A stretch of 63,939 nucleotides of DNA, filler included, from Collodictyon triciliatum (lineage: Eukaryota): assembly GCA_043381765.1 (NCBI GenBank). It is 5 parts of 5 records of this genome, joined end to end, with 100 filler letters (N's around TTAATTAATTAA, not from the genome) between each part and the next. Parts side by side here need not be neighbours in the genome. Positions count along the whole stretch, not along the records: positions 60,822 to 63,939 come from JBHJMP010001897.1; 4 more parts are not named here. One strand, given 5' to 3'. The notes below the pieces were generated by a model. That model was not told the origin of the DNA. It made no database searches and was given only the letters and a program-made list of their open reading frames with translations. Below are positions 61,033-63,939 of this stretch, piece after piece. Each line of letters opens with the position of its first letter. The first letter of the stretch is position 1. The position numbers and the translations under genes are program-made.

Positions 61033-61200
61033 TAATATGCTTCTTTTTTCTCTTTTTTCTTTCTTTCCCGGTTTCCATATCCACATGCAACTTCAAATGC
61101 CCATTCTGGCGGCTGGTGTGACTGTTGTCTTTCTCTCCTCTTCTATTGTACAAGAATGAAGCAAACAATCACACAATATTCCATTAGCCGGAAGAAGCAG

Positions 61201-63409
61201 TCGCTACGGCAGCGGATCGGTTGCAGATTCTCCAGGAGCCCCACACAAGTCACGCAGCTCTAAGGCAGCGCACGCATATTCAAACGGCGATGATTTATCA
61301 GATGAAGTATCAGAAATGGAGGCGAAGTTTTCGTGAGCTTTCCCTTTATCATTTGTGTTTGTATTTGAGGCAACGTGGATTAGCATATTAAATGAAATCA
61401 ATTGGCTTATTGTGTTTGGTTGTTGAATCGTATCAATCCATTCTCAAAGTTTCGAATATTTGGAAGTTTGTTTGCCCTTTTCATTCAGGAATCTAATCAT
61501 ATTCCTCTATACATGTTTTTTCCTATGGATGTAGCGCCACAAAGCCCCTTTCTCGCTACTTAGAGCCAAACTTAGAAGAGCCTCAATGGTACGCCACTAT
61601 ATTTATATAAAAAAAAAACATACATATTCCTTTGCTCAATACGTTCTCATCCAGGCCACAAAAAATGATGGACCAAGCACTTCAGTATCGCCGTGAGCTA
61701 ACTGATGCTCAAATTGAAGTGAAGACTCTAAAGAAAGAAAATACTCGATTAGTGCAGCTTCTAGCCAAGTAATTACTCTCCCAACTTTTTAAGAAATCTA
61801 AGCTTTTTCTTTAGAAATTTAATGTGTCCTTAGTATTTTGTTTTATTGGTTATCATAGGTATTGTATCCCCTTTTCTTTTTCTTTCTTTTTTTGTTTATT
61901 CTTTAAAATAATAATTCAGGGAAATCGAGAAAGAGGAGCGGTTGTTAAAAGACATTGAAGTGTTTGAGGATAGAATGGAAAGATTGAAACTCGAACAGGA
62001 GAACAAAAACAAAAGCTGGCTTGAAAAAATGGATGCGTTAGTAAAATTACTGTAGATTAAATATATCTGGCGAGTGGTCGTTCTTCTCTATTTTCTCTAT
62101 GTTCATAAATATTCAATCGATACCCACAATTTCGATCTATGTGTAGATATCAGGGAATGCAAAATAAGGTCGTCGAGGTGGAGACATCGAACTCGAAACT
62201 TAAAATAGAGATTCAAGTGTTAGAGTATGAGTTTCATGAACTATATTTATTCAGAAGTAATTATATTTTTAAATGAAAATTGCTGGCGCTATAGTTTCAA
62301 TTTTTTATTCAATTTTGTTATATTTATGCATTAATCTTGAAGAGACCGTATCAAAGTCCTCGAGTCTGACAATCAAGACTTAAGAGCCACCCTCATATCC
62401 GTGCGCGGTGGAATGGACTTGAAGGTTCTTTGTCTTTGTCTTTGTCTTTGTCTTTGTCTTTGTCTTTGTCTTTGTCTTTGTCTTTGTCTTTGTCTTTGTC
62501 TTTGTCTTTGTCTTTGTCTTTGTCTTTGTCTTTGTCTTTGTATTTGTATTTGTATTTGTATTTGTATTTGTATTTGTATTTGTATTTGTATTTGTATTTG
62601 TATTTGATTTGTCTTTGTTTTTCTAAATATATATATATAAACTCGTCCAGTCCTTTTTTTCTATTCATTATGACTATGAAGCACCAGAAAGGAACATAGT
62701 CCCGAATGATTAATCTATTCTATAATTATTTTTGTAAGGACAGTCTGAGCAATTGGCTGGAGAAAAAGAACGTATTTCTGAGCTGGAGGCAATGGTGCAC
62801 GATTTAAGGAATGAATATAGGCAAAAGGTTCTTGTAATAAAAAAAAAAAGCGTTCAGCGTCGATGAAGATGCAAACGTTCTCGCATACCAGCTTGTTTAG
62901 TCCTCAGTGATTTCAAGAATTGTTTAATCCTTTATGCTCGCACGATAGGAGTCCACTTGGAAGCATATTGAGCTTGAGATGAATCGTGGGATGCAAGCAG
63001 TGCAAATCCAAGCAAATACCCACTTGGCCGCTCTGAATGAAGAGAGACAACATGTTTGTATTTGCTATTCCTTGCGTCTTATTTTCAAGCTCTTATCGTG
63101 GTTTACTCTTTGATTTTGCTGAGAAGTTTTACTTTTCTTTTATCTCATTACATATTGTTCATATCCAAGAATATGGCTCTTCGAACCGAACTTCAGGCCA
63201 TGGCTAGATTTCGAGAAGAGAATGCGATTTTGCTTAAGTAGGAAAGCGTGCATCGCTTCTTTTAAACGAATATATATCAAAAGTGATCGCCTAATTATGA
63301 TTTATGATTCGAAAAGACAGAGACAAGATGTCGAGAAACAACGGGACCAGCTTGATAGTGAGCTTTCGACGATGCGTTTTCAATTTGAGAAGTTGAAGTG
63401 CGGCTTTTT

Positions 63410-63493
<84 letters not shown>

Positions 63494-63821
63494 TTCAATC
63501 AGTCAAGTTTTAGTATGCACAAAACGATATAAACGTATATGCAGGATGGAAATTTTGATGGCACAGTCAGAAAGAGCACGAGAGATGCAAGCGCTGAGCC
63601 AATCCCTAGAGTAATATATTCGCTATGTTTGAACTAGAATGATAAATTTATTTTTTCCTTTCTCTTTTTTTTTTTTTTTGAAATTAAGGGTTTTCATAGG
63701 GAGTGGAAAAGGAAATATCAGGCTTTAGAAGACAATCTCAAGTCAAAAGAGCATCAAAACGCAGAGCTCATTAGATTATGTGACAACATGAAGAGAGACT
63801 TGGATTTCTTGCAAAGGGAGA
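61201..63821 (+). CDS. Coiled-coil protein, multi-exon, partial at both ends
   Basis: Heptad-rich exons: MMDQALQYRRELTDAQIEVKTLKKENTRLVQLLAK|EIEKEERLLKDIEVFEDRMERLKLEQE; EKERISELEAMVHDLRNEYRQK; MALRTELQAMARFREENAILL; EWKRKYQALEDNLKSKE. Confidence 0.7.
62428..62605. repeat. (TTTGTC)n-(TTTGTA)n hexanucleotide array, intronic
   Basis: Visible compound array. Confidence 0.95.
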
Positions 63822-63939
63822 GGTTTGCTGAATCTAGTTTATGAAATTCCTATTTTCCCGTTCTAATTTGCACTTTTGTTGTGTGTATGTATGTATGTAT
63901 GTATGTATGTATGTATGTATGTATGTATGTATGTATGTA

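Overview
Intron-rich, AT-rich, microsatellite-laden eukaryotic (protist-like) genomic DNA read with the standard code; the species cannot be named from sequence alone. The window is not one locus. It is five unlinked scaffolds (1-15111, 15212-30310, 30411-45516, 45617-60721, 60822-end) joined by artificial 100-nt linkers (44 N + TTAATTAATTAA + 44 N). Genes spliced by hand: ankyrin-protein 3' end, a ~2,300-aa kinesin-like coiled-coil protein with all three nucleotide motifs degenerate, an intronless two-repeat Myb factor, an Rdx (SelW/T/H-fold) CxxC protein, WDR26, villin (3 of 15 introns GC-AG), a RhoGAP, a duplicated EF-hand protein, cystathionine beta-lyase, a PAK/STE20 kinase 3' end, a consortin-like tail-anchored protein, MED10, a divergent mRNA cap N7-methyltransferase, several hypotheticals and tRNA-Glu(CTC). 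The standout is a decayed, intronless Fanzor1 (eukaryotic TnpB-like RNA-guided nuclease) of the giant-virus/transposon type at ~57.3-59.2 kb, 1 kb from the tRNA. All family calls come from motif recognition, not database searches.
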